Shown: positions 1 through 9,251 of the stretch, one piece after another
Layout of the letters: the number at the start of each line of letters is the position of its first letter
Numbering within the stretch: position 1 is the stretch's first letter
NCBI GenBank assembly: GCA_963740835.1
Contig: CAVUFH010000003.1
Coordinates: forward strand, 395,515 to 459,514
Length of the DNA: 64,000 nucleotides
DNA from: an uncultured Actinomycetes bacterium
Lineage (GTDB): Bacteria; Actinomycetota; Acidimicrobiia; IMCC26256; PALSA-610
Direction: 5' to 3'
Translations under genes and position numbers: made by a program
Notes under the pieces: model-generated
Told to the model about the DNA's origin: nothing
Database searches by the model: none
What the model saw: only the letters and a program-made list of their open reading frames with translations

Positions 1-294
1 TTGCTGCGGGCGGTCGGTATGAGCCGGGCGCAGATCCGCTCGTCGGTGCGTTGGGAGTCGGTGCTGATCGCGATGTTGGGCACGGTGCTCGGCACGGCCA
101 TCGGTCTCGGCTTCGGGTACGCGATGGTCGAGGCGATGAAGGACAAGGGCATCGGCACGCTGGCCATCCCGACCACGCAGCTCGGCTACGTCGTGGTGGT
201 GGCGGCGTTCGCCGCGGTGGTCGCGGCGGCGGTACCCGCTTTCCGCGCCGCCCGCCTCGACGTCCTCGACTCGATCAAGGGAGGGAGCGACTGA
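1..294 (+). CDS. ABC transporter permease, FtsX/MacB-type, C-terminal fragment (5' end lies outside the window)
   Basis: The ORF runs from the window edge. The translation LRAVGMSRAQIRSSVRWESVLIAMLGTVLG...AAVPAFRAARLDVLDSIK matches the last TM helices and tail typical of FtsX-like permeases. Confidence 0.6.
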   Translation: MLRAVGMSRAQIRSSVRWESVLIAMLGTVLGTAIGLGFGYAMVEAMKDKGIGTLAIPTTQLGYVVVVAAFAAVVAAAVPAFRAARLDVLDSIKGGSD

Positions 295-345
295 CCCGAC
301 TGAATGACCCGCAAGTCATCCGCCCGAACGGCGCCGTTCCCGCTC

Positions 346-1968
346 TCAGCGGGAGCGGCGCCGTTTCTCTTGCAAGCGCCGTTTCTCTTGCAAGCGCCGT
401 TTCTCTTCCAGGCGCTCGCGGATGATCTCCCGCCGCTGCTGCACGTCGCGGTAGGTCAGCCGTTCGGTGTCGGCGGAAACGCCCATGCCGGCTTTGATCG
501 AGTCGATGTCGAACTCGTTGACGAGCGCGGGGTCGATCCCGAGCTCGGCGGCGAGTCGCTGCCCGTGCCGCATCGCGATCTCCGTGTGCACCTGTTGGAC
601 CTCTTCCAGGATGTCGAGGTCAGGCGCGAGGCGCGCGATCGCGCCGTCGAGGAACATCATGTTCTTCACGAACAGCATGAGCTCCTTCGGCGCACGCGCG
701 CCGTGTTCGAGCAGCTTCTTCGTGAGCTCCTGCAACCAGTGCACGAGCTCATCCGCCGAGAGCATCGTCGGGTCGACGGTCTGGTCGAGATCGAGGTCGT
801 GGTACACCGCGTCGAGATTCGCGTCCGGTGGGAACGCGCCGAGGTCGCGGAGCGCACGGAGCTGGCTCATCGTGTCGCCGCTCGTCGCGCCGACGAGCAG
901 CGTCAGGAACGCCATGCGCTTGGCCTCGTCGAGCCGCCCGGTGATGCCGAAGTCCATGAGCACGGTGCGGCCGTCGGGTTGCACCATCAGGTTGCCACCA
1001 TGCAGGTCGCCGTGGAAGACGCCGTACAACATCGCGCCTTCCATGAATCCGACGAGCCCCGCGTGCAGCACCGCCTCGGTGTCGACGCCGGCGTCGCGCA
1101 TCGCCGCGACGTCGTCCCACGGGATACCGCGCAGGCGCTCCATCACGAGCACGCGGCGTGTCACCAGCTGCGGGTGCGGGCGCGGGACGAGCAGCGCGCG
1201 CTGACCCGTCTGCGCGAGCACGCTCGCGATGTCGAGCATGTTCTCCGCCTCGAGGCGGAAGTCGAGCTCCTCGACGATCGTCTCCGCGAACAGCTCGACG
1301 AGTGCGGGCGGGTTGGCGAGCGCGGCGATCGGGATGCGCCCGGTGAGCCGCGGCGCGAGCCACGCCATCGCCTCGAGGTCCTGGCGCACGAGCTGCGCGA
1401 TCTGCGGCCGCTGCACCTTGACAACGACTTCCTCACCGGTCCGCAGCCGGGCCGCGTGCACCTGCGCGATGGACGCGGCCGCGATCGGTGTCCGGTCGAA
1501 ACTGACGAACACGTCGTCGAGCGAGCGGCCGAGCTCCATCTCGACGACCCGCCGGACCGCGTCGAACTCCTCGGCCGGCACCCGGTCGCGCAACAGTTTG
1601 AACTCGGCGACGAGCTCGGGCGGGAACAGCCCTTCGCCGCCCGAGATGATCTGACCGAGCTTGATGTAGGTCGGTCCGAGCCGGCCGAAGGCGATGCGCA
1701 GCCGGCGCGAGATGCCGCACTTGCTCGCCGCGCCACCCTGGCGTCGTTCGAGGACCGCCCACGCCGCGAGCGCGTAACCGACCTGGCCGACGACCTTGGC
1801 CAGCCGGCCGAGCGGCGGCAGGTGCCCGGTCTCGAGCCATTGCGGCACCTGGGCCTGCGCTTGCGCGCGCAGGCGGGGCACATCGGCCCGCCAAGGCATG
1901 GCCTCGGGATCCACCACCCAAGGGCCGTCGTCGGTGAAACCGCCGATCGCGAGGTCAGGCGAAGCCAT
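346..1968 (-). CDS. ABC1/UbiB-family atypical protein kinase (AarF domain)
   Basis: The 575-aa ORF carries RLGPTYIKLGQ, FDRTPIAAASIAQVH, VVVKVQRP, FHGDLHGGNL and MDFG motifs. I placed the start at the internal ATG (MASPDL) at 1968, but the start is uncertain. Confidence 0.85.
   Translation of the reverse strand: MASPDLAIGGFTDDGPWVVDPEAMPWRADVPRLRAQAQAQVPQWLETGHLPPLGRLAKVVGQVGYALAAWAVLERRQGGAASKCGISRRLRIAFGRLGPTYIKLGQIISGGEGLFPPELVAEFKLLRDRVPAEEFDAVRRVVEMELGRSLDDVFVSFDRTPIAAASIAQVHAARLRTGEEVVVKVQRPQIAQLVRQDLEAMAWLAPRLTGRIPIAALANPPALVELFAETIVEELDFRLEAENMLDIASVLAQTGQRALLVPRPHPQLVTRRVLVMERLRGIPWDDVAAMRDAGVDTEAVLHAGLVGFMEGAMLYGVFHGDLHGGNLMVQPDGRTVLMDFGITGRLDEAKRMAFLTLLVGATSGDTMSQLRALRDLGAFPPDANLDAVYHDLDLDQTVDPTMLSADELVHWLQELTKKLLEHGARAPKELMLFVKNMMFLDGAIARLAPDLDILEEVQQVHTEIAMRHGQRLAAELGIDPALVNEFDIDSIKAGMGVSADTERLTYRDVQQRREIIRERLEEKRRLQEKRRLQEKRRRSR
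358..411. repeat. 18-bp tandem repeat x3 (GCGCCGTTTCTCTTGCAA; third copy has 2 mismatches) inside the 3' end of the kinase gene
   Basis: Read directly at 358-375, 376-393 and 394-411. On the minus strand it encodes the tail (EKRRLQ)x3. Confidence 0.9.
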
Positions 1969-2103
1969 CCTCGCAGGGTAGGTGGAGTTCCGGCGACATC
2001 CGGCAACCGCGAACGTGCGGACGAACGGAGCCCCGCTCGGCGAAGCCCCCACTGCGCGCAGTGAGGGAGCCATAGAAGTGGTCGCCGAATGTCGCCAAAA
2101 CCT

Positions 2104-2598
2104 CTACTTGCCGGTGCAGCGGTGGCCCCACGGCGCGGAACCCTGCCACCGGTACAGATCGAGCGCGAGGAAGTCCTGGTCCCACGGCGCGGCCAGGGCC
2201 GGGTCGACGCCGACGAGGTCGGGCCGGCCGGCATGACGCGCGGTGTTGTTCCAGGTCGACTGCGAGAACTGGTACGCGCCGCGGTAGGTGCCGCTGCCGC
2301 TGACCGCGCCATAACCGCCCGCGGTGTCGCTCTCGTGCGCGCGCGTGCAGGCGAGGAACGGATGCTGCGAGATGTCACCGCTGACGCCGTAGCGCGCGAG
2401 CGGCGAACATCCGGCGGCGAGTGCGACGACGAGACCCGCGCCGAGCAGCGTCAGGGTGCGCTTCGGGAACCGCCGTCGCGCCTTCGGCGGCGTTACTGCT
2501 GCGTCCGGATCGGTGGGGCTTGCGTCGGTATGGCGGTGATCGTCGGTGAAAGCACCGGCGTCGCTGGCTTCGTTGCGCGCGTGAGCACGGTTGTGCAT
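2104..2598 (-). CDS. Secreted lipoprotein with an Rpf-type transglycosylase-like domain
   Basis: It has a signal peptide with the lipobox LAAGCS. The C-terminal GTYRGAYQFSQSTWN block is typical of the actinobacterial transglycosylase-like (resuscitation-promoting-factor type) domain. A strong SD (AGGAGG) lies 6 nt before the ATG. Confidence 0.75.
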   Translation of the reverse strand: MHNRAHARNEASDAGAFTDDHRHTDASPTDPDAAVTPPKARRRFPKRTLTLLGAGLVVALAAGCSPLARYGVSGDISQHPFLACTRAHESDTAGGYGAVSGSGTYRGAYQFSQSTWNNTARHAGRPDLVGVDPALAAPWDQDFLALDLYRWQGSAPWGHRCTGK

Positions 2599-2601
2599 TC
2601 G

Positions 2602-2745
2602 TTGCCTCCTGGGGGGAGCGGGGACCCGAACTGGTCGCCCGGAGAGCGCGCGGTCAGTGGTCGATCGCGCGGACCGGGACCGTAATCAGGGCCGGTTCGG
2701 CTGCCCGAACGCGGATTCGGAGAACCGGACGGACGTAGTCCCATG
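2602..2745 (-). ncRNA. Candidate ydaO/c-di-AMP-type riboswitch leader upstream of the Rpf-like gene (orientation and identity unverified)
   Basis: The minus strand reads GGUUCUCCGAAUCC...GAACCGG...9-bp GC hairpin...GUCCCCGCUCCCCCCAGGAGG, ending at the SD. These blocks resemble my recollection of ydaO-class 5' and 3' conserved segments. The plus strand also carries GAGCGGGGACCCGAA and GUAAUC blocks. Confidence 0.3.
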
Positions 2746-2914
2746 GGGCCATGCCGTCGCCGCGGCGGCTGCGTCGCCCGGGCGGGGCCTGGCGGGAGCC
2801 CGTGGGACCTGGCCGGGCCTCCGGCGACGGGGCCGTAGTCCGGGCGCGTCATTTTTCGGCGCAGCGGCCAAACTGGGCGGCAATGCCCGATCCGCCGCCC
2901 GTGCTGCCGCGCCC

Positions 2915-4359
2915 GTGACAAGCCCCGAACCCGTGGCCCCGCGGTACGACGCGGTGATCGTCGGCGCCGGGCCCAACGGCCTCACCGCGGCGGCGCTCCT
3001 CGCCGCGGCCGGACGTTCGGTGCTGCTGCTCGAGGCCGCCGAGCAGATCGGCGGCGGCGCCAGCACCGAAGAGCTGACACTGCCGGGGTACCGGCACGAC
3101 GTGTGCTCCGCGATCCATCCGCTCGCGGCCGGGTCGCCGGCGTTCGCACCGCTGGCGCTCGAGCGGCACGGCCTCGAGCTCGCACACCCGGAGCTCGCGC
3201 TCGCGCACCCACTCGACGACGGCACCGCCGGCGTCATCGACCGCGGTTTCACGGCAACGGACGCGTCGCTCGGGGCCGACGCGGCGCGCTGGCGGTCGAC
3301 GTTCGCGCCCCACGCGCGCGGCTGGGACGCGCTCGTCGAAGACCTGTCGGGCCCGCTCGTGCACATCCCACGCCACCCGATCCGGCTCGCGCGCTTCGGC
3401 ATCCCGTCTCTCGCGCCGGCCATGACGTTCGCGCGGCTGCGATTCCGGGAGCCGCGCGCGCAGGCGCTCTTCTCGGGCATGGCCGCACACGCAATGCTCC
3501 CGCTCACCCATCCGGCGACCGCGTCATTCGGGCTCGTGCTGGGCGCCGCGGGACACGCCGTCGGTTGGCCCGCGATCCGGGGCGGCTCACAACAGATCAG
3601 CAACGTGCTCGCCGGCATCGTGCGCGAGAACGGGGGCGAGATCGTCACCGGTGCCGCAGTGTCGAGCCTGTCGGCGCTCCCGCCCGCGCCGCGGTCTTCC
3701 TCGATACGAGCCCGTTCGCCGCGCTCATGATCGCCGGCGACCGTCTCTCCGCGCGCGTCCAACGGGCGCTGGCGCGGTTCAAACGCGGTCCGGCCGCGTT
3801 CAAGCTCGACTACGCGCTTTCCGAACCGGTGCCCTGGAAGGCCACCGAGTGCAACCGCGCCGGCACGGTGCACCTCGCGGGTCAGGCCGGCGAGGTTGTC
3901 GCGGCCGAAGCCGCGGTCGCGCGCGGCGACCACCCGGAGCGGCCTTTCGTGCTCGTCGCGCAGCAGAGCCGCTTCGACCCGACGCGCGCGCCGGCCGGCC
4001 GCCACACGCTCTGGGCGTACTGCCATGTGCCGAACGGCTCGCCCGTCGACATGACCGAGCGCATCGAGGCGCAGCTCGAACGGTTCGCGCCGGGGTTCCG
4101 CGACGTCGTCCTCGCCCGCAGCGCGCTTACGCCCGCGGACTTCGAAGCCCGCAACGCCAACAAGGTTGGGGGCGACATCGGCGGCGGATCGCTCGCCGGG
4201 CTGCAGTTCGTGTCCCGCCCGCGCCTCGCGGTCGACCCGTACCGCCTCGCCGACGGCATCTACCTGTGCTCGGCCTCGACCCCGCCCGGGGCGGGCGTCC
4301 ACGGCATGTGTGCGGCGGCCGCGGTCCAGCGCGCCCTTCGCCGCGAGCTGCGCGCCTGA
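2915..4359 (+). pseudogene. NAD(P)/FAD-dependent oxidoreductase, phytoene-desaturase (CrtI)-like; reading frame disrupted near 3680-3692
   Basis: The N-terminal part (frame 2) has the dinucleotide-binding motif YDAVIVGAGPNGLTAA...LLEA...GGG. The C-terminal part continues in frame 1 (AAVFLDTSP...KVGGDIGGGS...STPPGAGVHGM). The two parts join cleanly if one indel is assumed. Confidence 0.75.
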
Positions 4360-4416
4360 GCCCGCTCCTCAGCAGCATCCCTCCGCGCGCCGGGAAGCCC
4401 GACCGATAATGAATGC

Positions 4417-4692
4417 GTGGGAATGCAGCGCGTCGAGACGACGACCGGGCCGGTCGCTGTCGGCGGGCGCACGATCAACCTCGTTGCCCGCACCACGAGC
4501 TTCACGCTCGGAAGGTCACCGCGCGAGATCGGCACCTGGTCCCGACCTGTGCACGTCGAGATCCTCGACCCCGACGGCCGGCGCCAGATCGTGCCGGTGC
4601 GCGACTACCAATTGGTCGCGGGTGTCGCGCTCGTTGCCGTCACCGTCGCGGGGCTTGCCAGCCGCGCCGCACTCGCGTGGAGCCGCTCATGA
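4417..4692 (+). CDS. Hypothetical small protein with a C-terminal hydrophobic segment
   Basis: The 91-aa ORF has an ATGA overlap with the next ORF. It carries no recognisable motif beyond a GerW-like 'GPVAVGGRTINLVAR' pattern. Confidence 0.45.
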   Translation: MGMQRVETTTGPVAVGGRTINLVARTTSFTLGRSPREIGTWSRPVHVEILDPDGRRQIVPVRDYQLVAGVALVAVTVAGLASRAALAWSRS

Positions 4693-4970
4693 CGGCATTG
4701 CAGGAAGGCGCGGTTCGCGTCTTCACCGAACCCGTCACCGCCGGCGATCAGGTGACGATCACCGCGACGGCGTGCGCCATCGTGGGGCATCGTCGCGTCA
4801 GCCGCCGTCGTGTCGTCGCGCTCATCGAGGCCGGCCCGGACGGTGTTCGCGTGAAGCCGGTGATCGACGTCGCGCGTGTCGGTGTCGCGATCGTCGCTGG
4901 CGCGCTCGCGACGTGGACGTACGCAGCCGCTAAGCGAGCTCCGCGAGCAAGCACACCTCGCTGCGGATGA
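4689..4970 (+). CDS. Hypothetical protein (weak GerW/YtfJ-like pattern)
   Basis: The start ATG overlaps the upstream stop (ATGA). The translation is MTALQEGAVRVFTEPVTAGDQVTI...GPDGVRVKPVIDVARV. The 3' end overlaps the convergent peptidase gene by 41 nt. Confidence 0.4.
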   Translation: MTALQEGAVRVFTEPVTAGDQVTITATACAIVGHRRVSRRRVVALIEAGPDGVRVKPVIDVARVGVAIVAGALATWTYAAAKRAPRASTPRCG

Positions 4971-6318
4971 GCTTGCGCCAGTCGTCGAGGTGCAGGCTCT
5001 CGTTCTCACCGTGGATGCGGCTGCCTGGATCACACGGACCGAGCAGCAACGACGGGATGCCGCCGAACGCGGCAGCGAACGGCCCGACGAACGGGATCGA
5101 GCCCCCCACGCCCATGAGCACCGGGTCGACACCGAAGCCGGTGCGCAGCGCGCGCGTCGCCGCATCGAACGCCGGTCCCGACGGCTGGGTCTCCCACGCG
5201 GGCGCCGCTTCGTCGAGCGGGGTGAACATCAGCTCGAGGCCCCACGGCACCCGCGCCTCGACGTGCGCGCGGAGCTGCGCCGACACCGCGGCGGGTTCCT
5301 GACCCGGCGCGAGCCGCAGGCTCACGCGCGCGGTCGCACGCGCCACGATCTGGTTCGACGATCCCTTGATCGGGTGCCCGTCGATCCCGATGACAGTGAG
5401 CGTCGGGCGGAGCCACAGCCGCGCATGCAGGGGAACGGAAGGATTGCCGATGAGCTCGACGCCGGGGCGCAGGCCCATGACGTGCGCGAACGCGCTCGGG
5501 TCGTCGTCGAAGCCCTTGATCGGTTCGCGCTCGCTCGCCGCCAGCGGGCGCACATCGTCCCAGACGCCGTCGATCGCGACGTCGCCGTTGTCGTCGACGA
5601 GTGACGACAGCACCCGTGCCAACGCCATCACCGGGTCGGGCACCGCGCCGCCGGCCATGCCGGAGTGCACCGGGCCGTCGAGCGCGCGCAGCTCGATGTC
5701 GGCCGCGGCGAGGCCGCGCAGCGAATAGGTCAACCCGGGCGTACCGACCTTCCAGTTGCCGGCGTCCGCGAGCACCAGCACGTCGGAACGCAGCTCGTCG
5801 ACGTGTTCGGTGAGGAAACGATGCAGTGTCGGTGAACCGATCTCCTCTTCGCCCTCGATGAGGATCCGCACGTTGCACGGCAGCGAACCAGCCGTGTCCA
5901 GCCACGCCGCGACCGCGGTCGCGTGCGCGACCGCTCCCGCCTTGTCGTCGGCACTGCCGCGCCCGTACAGGCGACCGTTGCGTTCGACCGGCGTGAACGG
6001 ATCGCTGCTCCACCGTTCGACGATGCCGGGCGGCTGGACGTCGTGGTGCGCGTACAACAGCACCGTCGGCGCGTCCGGGCCGGCGTGCATCCACTCCGCG
6101 ATGACGTACGGGTGCGACGCCTCGACGCCGGCGAGGCGCACGTGTTCCATCCCGGAACGCTCGAGCAGCGCCGCCGTTGCGTCTGCGCACTCGCGTACGC
6201 GCCCGTTCAGTTCGGGATCGGCGCTGACACTCGGAATGCGGACGAGCGTCTCGAGCTCGGCCCGGGCATCGGGCATCGCGGCTTGGACCGCGTCCAGGGC
6301 CGCATCGACAGTGCTCAT
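4930..6318 (-). CDS. M20-family dipeptidase
   Basis: The 462-aa ORF carries LLYAHHDVQP, GRGSADDKAG, EGEEEIGS and HGENE motifs. Confidence 0.9.
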   Translation of the reverse strand: MSTVDAALDAVQAAMPDARAELETLVRIPSVSADPELNGRVRECADATAALLERSGMEHVRLAGVEASHPYVIAEWMHAGPDAPTVLLYAHHDVQPPGIVERWSSDPFTPVERNGRLYGRGSADDKAGAVAHATAVAAWLDTAGSLPCNVRILIEGEEEIGSPTLHRFLTEHVDELRSDVLVLADAGNWKVGTPGLTYSLRGLAAADIELRALDGPVHSGMAGGAVPDPVMALARVLSSLVDDNGDVAIDGVWDDVRPLAASEREPIKGFDDDPSAFAHVMGLRPGVELIGNPSVPLHARLWLRPTLTVIGIDGHPIKGSSNQIVARATARVSLRLAPGQEPAAVSAQLRAHVEARVPWGLELMFTPLDEAAPAWETQPSGPAFDAATRALRTGFGVDPVLMGVGGSIPFVGPFAAAFGGIPSLLLGPCDPGSRIHGENESLHLDDWRKLIRSEVCLLAELA

Positions 6319-6575
6319 CAGAATCCGATGTCGGAAGGGTCATACTGGCGGAACGCGATCAGTGTGCGCGTCGCGGTGACGCCTTCGAGCGCGGCGATCT
6401 CCTCGGTGACGACGCGCGCGATCTGCTCGTGGTCGGCGACCCGTATGACGACGAGCAGGTCTTCGTCACCGGTGACGGAATACACCTCGGTGACGCCGTC
6501 GACCGCGGCGAGCGCGGCACCGAGCGCGGCGATGCGCGACGGTTCGGCGTAGAGCAACACGAAGGCAGTCAGCAT
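6318..6575 (-). CDS. Stand-alone Lrp/AsnC ligand-binding (RAM) domain protein
   Basis: The 85-aa ORF reads AFVLL...VDGVTEVYSVTGDEDLLVVIRV, typical of the AsnC_trans_reg domain. Its stop overlaps the start of the peptidase gene. Confidence 0.8.
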   Translation of the reverse strand: MLTAFVLLYAEPSRIAALGAALAAVDGVTEVYSVTGDEDLLVVIRVADHEQIARVVTEEIAALEGVTATRTLIAFRQYDPSDIGF

Positions 6576-6644
6576 CGGCCGGAATGCTACGCGTCCCCCG
6601 CCTGCGCCGTTTCGGGCTGTCAGACTGGACCAGGCCGTCGCCGT

Positions 6645-7418
6645 TCAGACTGGGTTCGTGTAGCGCATCTGGAGGCGGCGCATCCCTCCGAGCCATCGGT
6701 CGTAGTCAGCGGTCTTGCGACGGAGGTACTCGAGCACCTGCGGGTGGGGCAGGATCAGGAACTGCTCCGCGTCGAGCCCTTGCACGACGAACTCGGCGAC
6801 GTCGTCGGGTTCGATCATGCCGTCGACACCGGCCACACCCCCACCCGGCGTGCCCGCAGTCATCGCGGTGCGCACCGCTTGCGGCGCGAGCACCGACACC
6901 TTCACCCCGCGTTCGCCGTAAGTGATCGACAGGAACTCCGCGAACGCGACCGCCGCGTGCTTGCTGACGGCGTACGGCGCGGAACCGAGTTGGGTCAGCA
7001 GCCCGGCCGCGGATGCGGTTTGCAACAGGTAGCCGCCACCCCGCTCGACCATCCGCGGCACGAGCACCCGTGCCGCGTAGATGTGCGCCATCAGGTTCAC
7101 GTCGAGGCTGAGCTGCCACGCCTCCGGCGGCGCATCGACCAGGCCCGGAATCGCAACTCCCGCGTTCGAGCAGAACAAGTCGATCGGCCCGTGCTCGGCT
7201 TCGACAGCCTCGATGAGGTCGCGCAACGCGTCGGCGTCCGTCACGTCACACGGCTCGGCGACCGCGCCGATCGCGGCGGCGGTCGTCGCGAGCACATCGG
7301 CTTGCCGGTCCGAGATGACGACGGTGCGCGCGCCTTCGGCGAGGAACCGTCGGGCCAGGGCGGCCCCGATCCCACCCGCGCCGCCCGTGACCACCGCACA
7401 TGTTCCTTCGAGCCTCAT
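6645..7418 (-). CDS. SDR-family oxidoreductase
   Basis: It has the VVTGGAGGIGAA Rossmann motif, NAG, and a YAVSKHA catalytic Tyr-x3-Lys. Confidence 0.9.
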   Translation of the reverse strand: MRLEGTCAVVTGGAGGIGAALARRFLAEGARTVVISDRQADVLATTAAAIGAVAEPCDVTDADALRDLIEAVEAEHGPIDLFCSNAGVAIPGLVDAPPEAWQLSLDVNLMAHIYAARVLVPRMVERGGGYLLQTASAAGLLTQLGSAPYAVSKHAAVAFAEFLSITYGERGVKVSVLAPQAVRTAMTAGTPGGGVAGVDGMIEPDDVAEFVVQGLDAEQFLILPHPQVLEYLRRKTADYDRWLGGMRRLQMRYTNPV

Positions 7419-7451
7419 GAGGTCCCTTCGTGCGTCAGCGGGTGTCCGGCT

Positions 7452-8261
7452 TCACGAACACGTCGCACCGTCTTCGTCGATCGCGAGCACGTGACCACGG
7501 CCGGTCGTGGGGAGTGCGCGCGCCACCGCGTCGGCCGAGGCCGCGTCGGCGAACGCGGCCACCGACGGCCCGGAACCCGAGAGCCACGCGCCCCACGCGC
7601 CGGCTTCCACCGCGGCGTCCATCGCTGCGCGCGAGTCGGGGACGCGCGCGAGTCGCCGGTCCTGGTGCAACCGGTCCTCGGTCGCGGCGCGCAGCGCGGC
7701 GGCGTCGCCGGCCGCGAGCGCGGCGACGAGCAACGCGGTGTGCCCCACGTTGAACACCGCGTCATCGAAACGGACCTGCTCGGGCAGCAGGCGGCGCGCG
7801 CTCACCGTCGGCGTCTCCCGGTCCGGGATCCACACGACGATCGCGGGCACCCGCGCGAGCGGGATCCGCACGACGTGCCCGGCCGCCACCGCAACGATGC
7901 CGCCGTACACCGACGCGGCGGCGTTGTCGGCGTGGCCCTCCAGCGCCGCCGCGTCGTGCAGCACCTGCGCGCGGGCGAGGCGCGGGTCGTTGCCGCGCTG
8001 GGCCACCGCGGCGAGCAGGCCGGCGACGCGCGCGGCACCGGAGTAGCCGAGCCCGCGCCCCCCGGGGAACGACGCGCGGACCGACAGCGGGCCCTCACCT
8101 CCGGATTGCCGGAACGCCCGCACCGCGGGGTGGGTCTCGGGCGCGGGTGCGCCGCGATCGGTCGCCTCGAGATGACGGTCGAGCGCGATCGCAACCGCGT
8201 CGAACGCGGGCCCCAAGTTCGCCGACGATGCCGGCACCCGAACGATCCAGTCTCGTTGCAT
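7452..8261 (-). CDS. thrB: Homoserine kinase (GHMP kinase family)
   Basis: It reads VPASSANLGPAFD, with a GHMP motif II-like PGGRGLGYSGAA. The start was taken at the ATG (MQRDW) at 8261; the longer 466-aa ORF upstream looks non-coding. Confidence 0.7.
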   Translation of the reverse strand: MQRDWIVRVPASSANLGPAFDAVAIALDRHLEATDRGAPAPETHPAVRAFRQSGGEGPLSVRASFPGGRGLGYSGAARVAGLLAAVAQRGNDPRLARAQVLHDAAALEGHADNAAASVYGGIVAVAAGHVVRIPLARVPAIVVWIPDRETPTVSARRLLPEQVRFDDAVFNVGHTALLVAALAAGDAAALRAATEDRLHQDRRLARVPDSRAAMDAAVEAGAWGAWLSGSGPSVAAFADAASADAVARALPTTGRGHVLAIDEDGATCS

Positions 8262-8333
8262 GGCGGGCCACTCTCGTTGCGAGACCGCCAGATTGGCACG
8301 ATGTGTGCACATGCAGGCAGTACCTTCGTCTCC

Positions 8334-8765
8334 GTGCGACGACAGTGTGCGCGTTCCGGTTGCAGCGCGGTGGCGACCGCGACCTTCACGTTCGATGCCC
8401 GCGTGCAGACCGTGTGGCTCGATGCGCCACGCGACGGCAACGCGCGCGCGGGCGAACTGTGCGAACGCCACGCGCGGACGCTCACGCCACCACAGGGGTG
8501 GCGCCTCGACGACCGCCGCGGCGCGCTCTCCAATCCCGCACCCGCACCCGCACCCGCACAGGTCGCCGTCGCCGCGCCGGCCCTCGAGGTCGAGCCGGAA
8601 CCGGTACTCGACCCGGAACCCGAACCCACGCCGGAGCCGGTCCTCGTGACCGCCGACACGCACTTCCACTCGCAGATGGACCTGCCGCCGATCGGCCTGG
8701 ACCGCATGCTCGCGGCCCGCAGCCCCCTGCTCGCGCGCGCTTTCGAGTCCGCCGGCAACTACTGA
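8334..8765 (+). CDS. DUF3499 domain protein
   Basis: The translation RRQCARSGCSAVATATFTFD...ELCERHARTLTPPQGWRLDDRR matches the DUF3499 pattern. I chose the GTG start at 8334 by analogy; an in-frame ATG at 8301 is an alternative. It has a Pro/Glu-rich tail. Confidence 0.75.
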   Translation: MRRQCARSGCSAVATATFTFDARVQTVWLDAPRDGNARAGELCERHARTLTPPQGWRLDDRRGALSNPAPAPAPAQVAVAAPALEVEPEPVLDPEPEPTPEPVLVTADTHFHSQMDLPPIGLDRMLAARSPLLARAFESAGNY

Positions 8766-8772
8766 GCGCGGG

Positions 8773-9219
8773 TTACCGGGCGTCCAGACCGTCTCGATAG
8801 GCGATCGGCAGGATCTCGAGCAGCTGGCCGTCGGGGTCGCGCACGAAGACACCGAAGCCGATGTTCGTGGCGGCGAGCACTTCGCCGCCGAGCTCAGGCA
8901 CCCGGGCGAGCGTGCCGTCCACGTCCTCGACGCTCACCGAGAGGTGCGTCAGCCCGGGCTCGTTCAGCGCACGGGGCCGGAACGGCTGGGTCTGACCCGC
9001 GGCCGAATAGTGCAGGAGCTCGAGCACGAGGCCGTCGCGCACGAGGTAGGCCGCGGTCAGCCCGAGCGGCGGGCTCAAGCCCATCAGCCGGGACGAGAGG
9101 TCATCGGTCGGTTGGATCTCGCGGTCGAGGGTGAAGCCGAGCAGCTCGACGTAGAACCGCTTCGACCGTTCGAGATCGGCGACGCACTGCCCGACGTGAT
9201 TGAACGCAACTCGGCCCAC
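8773..9219 (-). CDS. VOC (glyoxalase/bleomycin-resistance/dioxygenase) family protein
   Basis: It reads FNHVGQCVADLERSKRFYVELLGF...THLSVSVEDVD...FVRDPDGQLLEI, with a GTG start at 9219. Confidence 0.8.
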   Translation of the reverse strand: MGRVAFNHVGQCVADLERSKRFYVELLGFTLDREIQPTDDLSSRLMGLSPPLGLTAAYLVRDGLVLELLHYSAAGQTQPFRPRALNEPGLTHLSVSVEDVDGTLARVPELGGEVLAATNIGFGVFVRDPDGQLLEILPIAYRDGLDAR

Positions 9220-9251
9220 GGCGGCAGCCTCGCGCGCGGCCGCGTGTGCTG

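Noticed and set aside
304-2064. 586-aa plus-strand ORF covering the kinase locus
   Set aside because: It is antisense to a gene with clear ABC1 kinase motifs. The translation is Arg/His/Asp-rich low-complexity sequence with no motifs, a typical high-GC shadow ORF.
2686-4302. 538-aa minus-strand ORF opposite the FAD oxidoreductase
   Set aside because: It is a shadow ORF. The plus strand carries the dinucleotide-binding motif and the colinear CrtI-like sequence.
6429-8300. First ~620 aa of the 778-aa plus-strand ORF
   Set aside because: It runs antisense to the AsnC-domain, SDR and homoserine kinase genes and has no protein-like features. Only its last ~145 aa (DUF3499) are credible.
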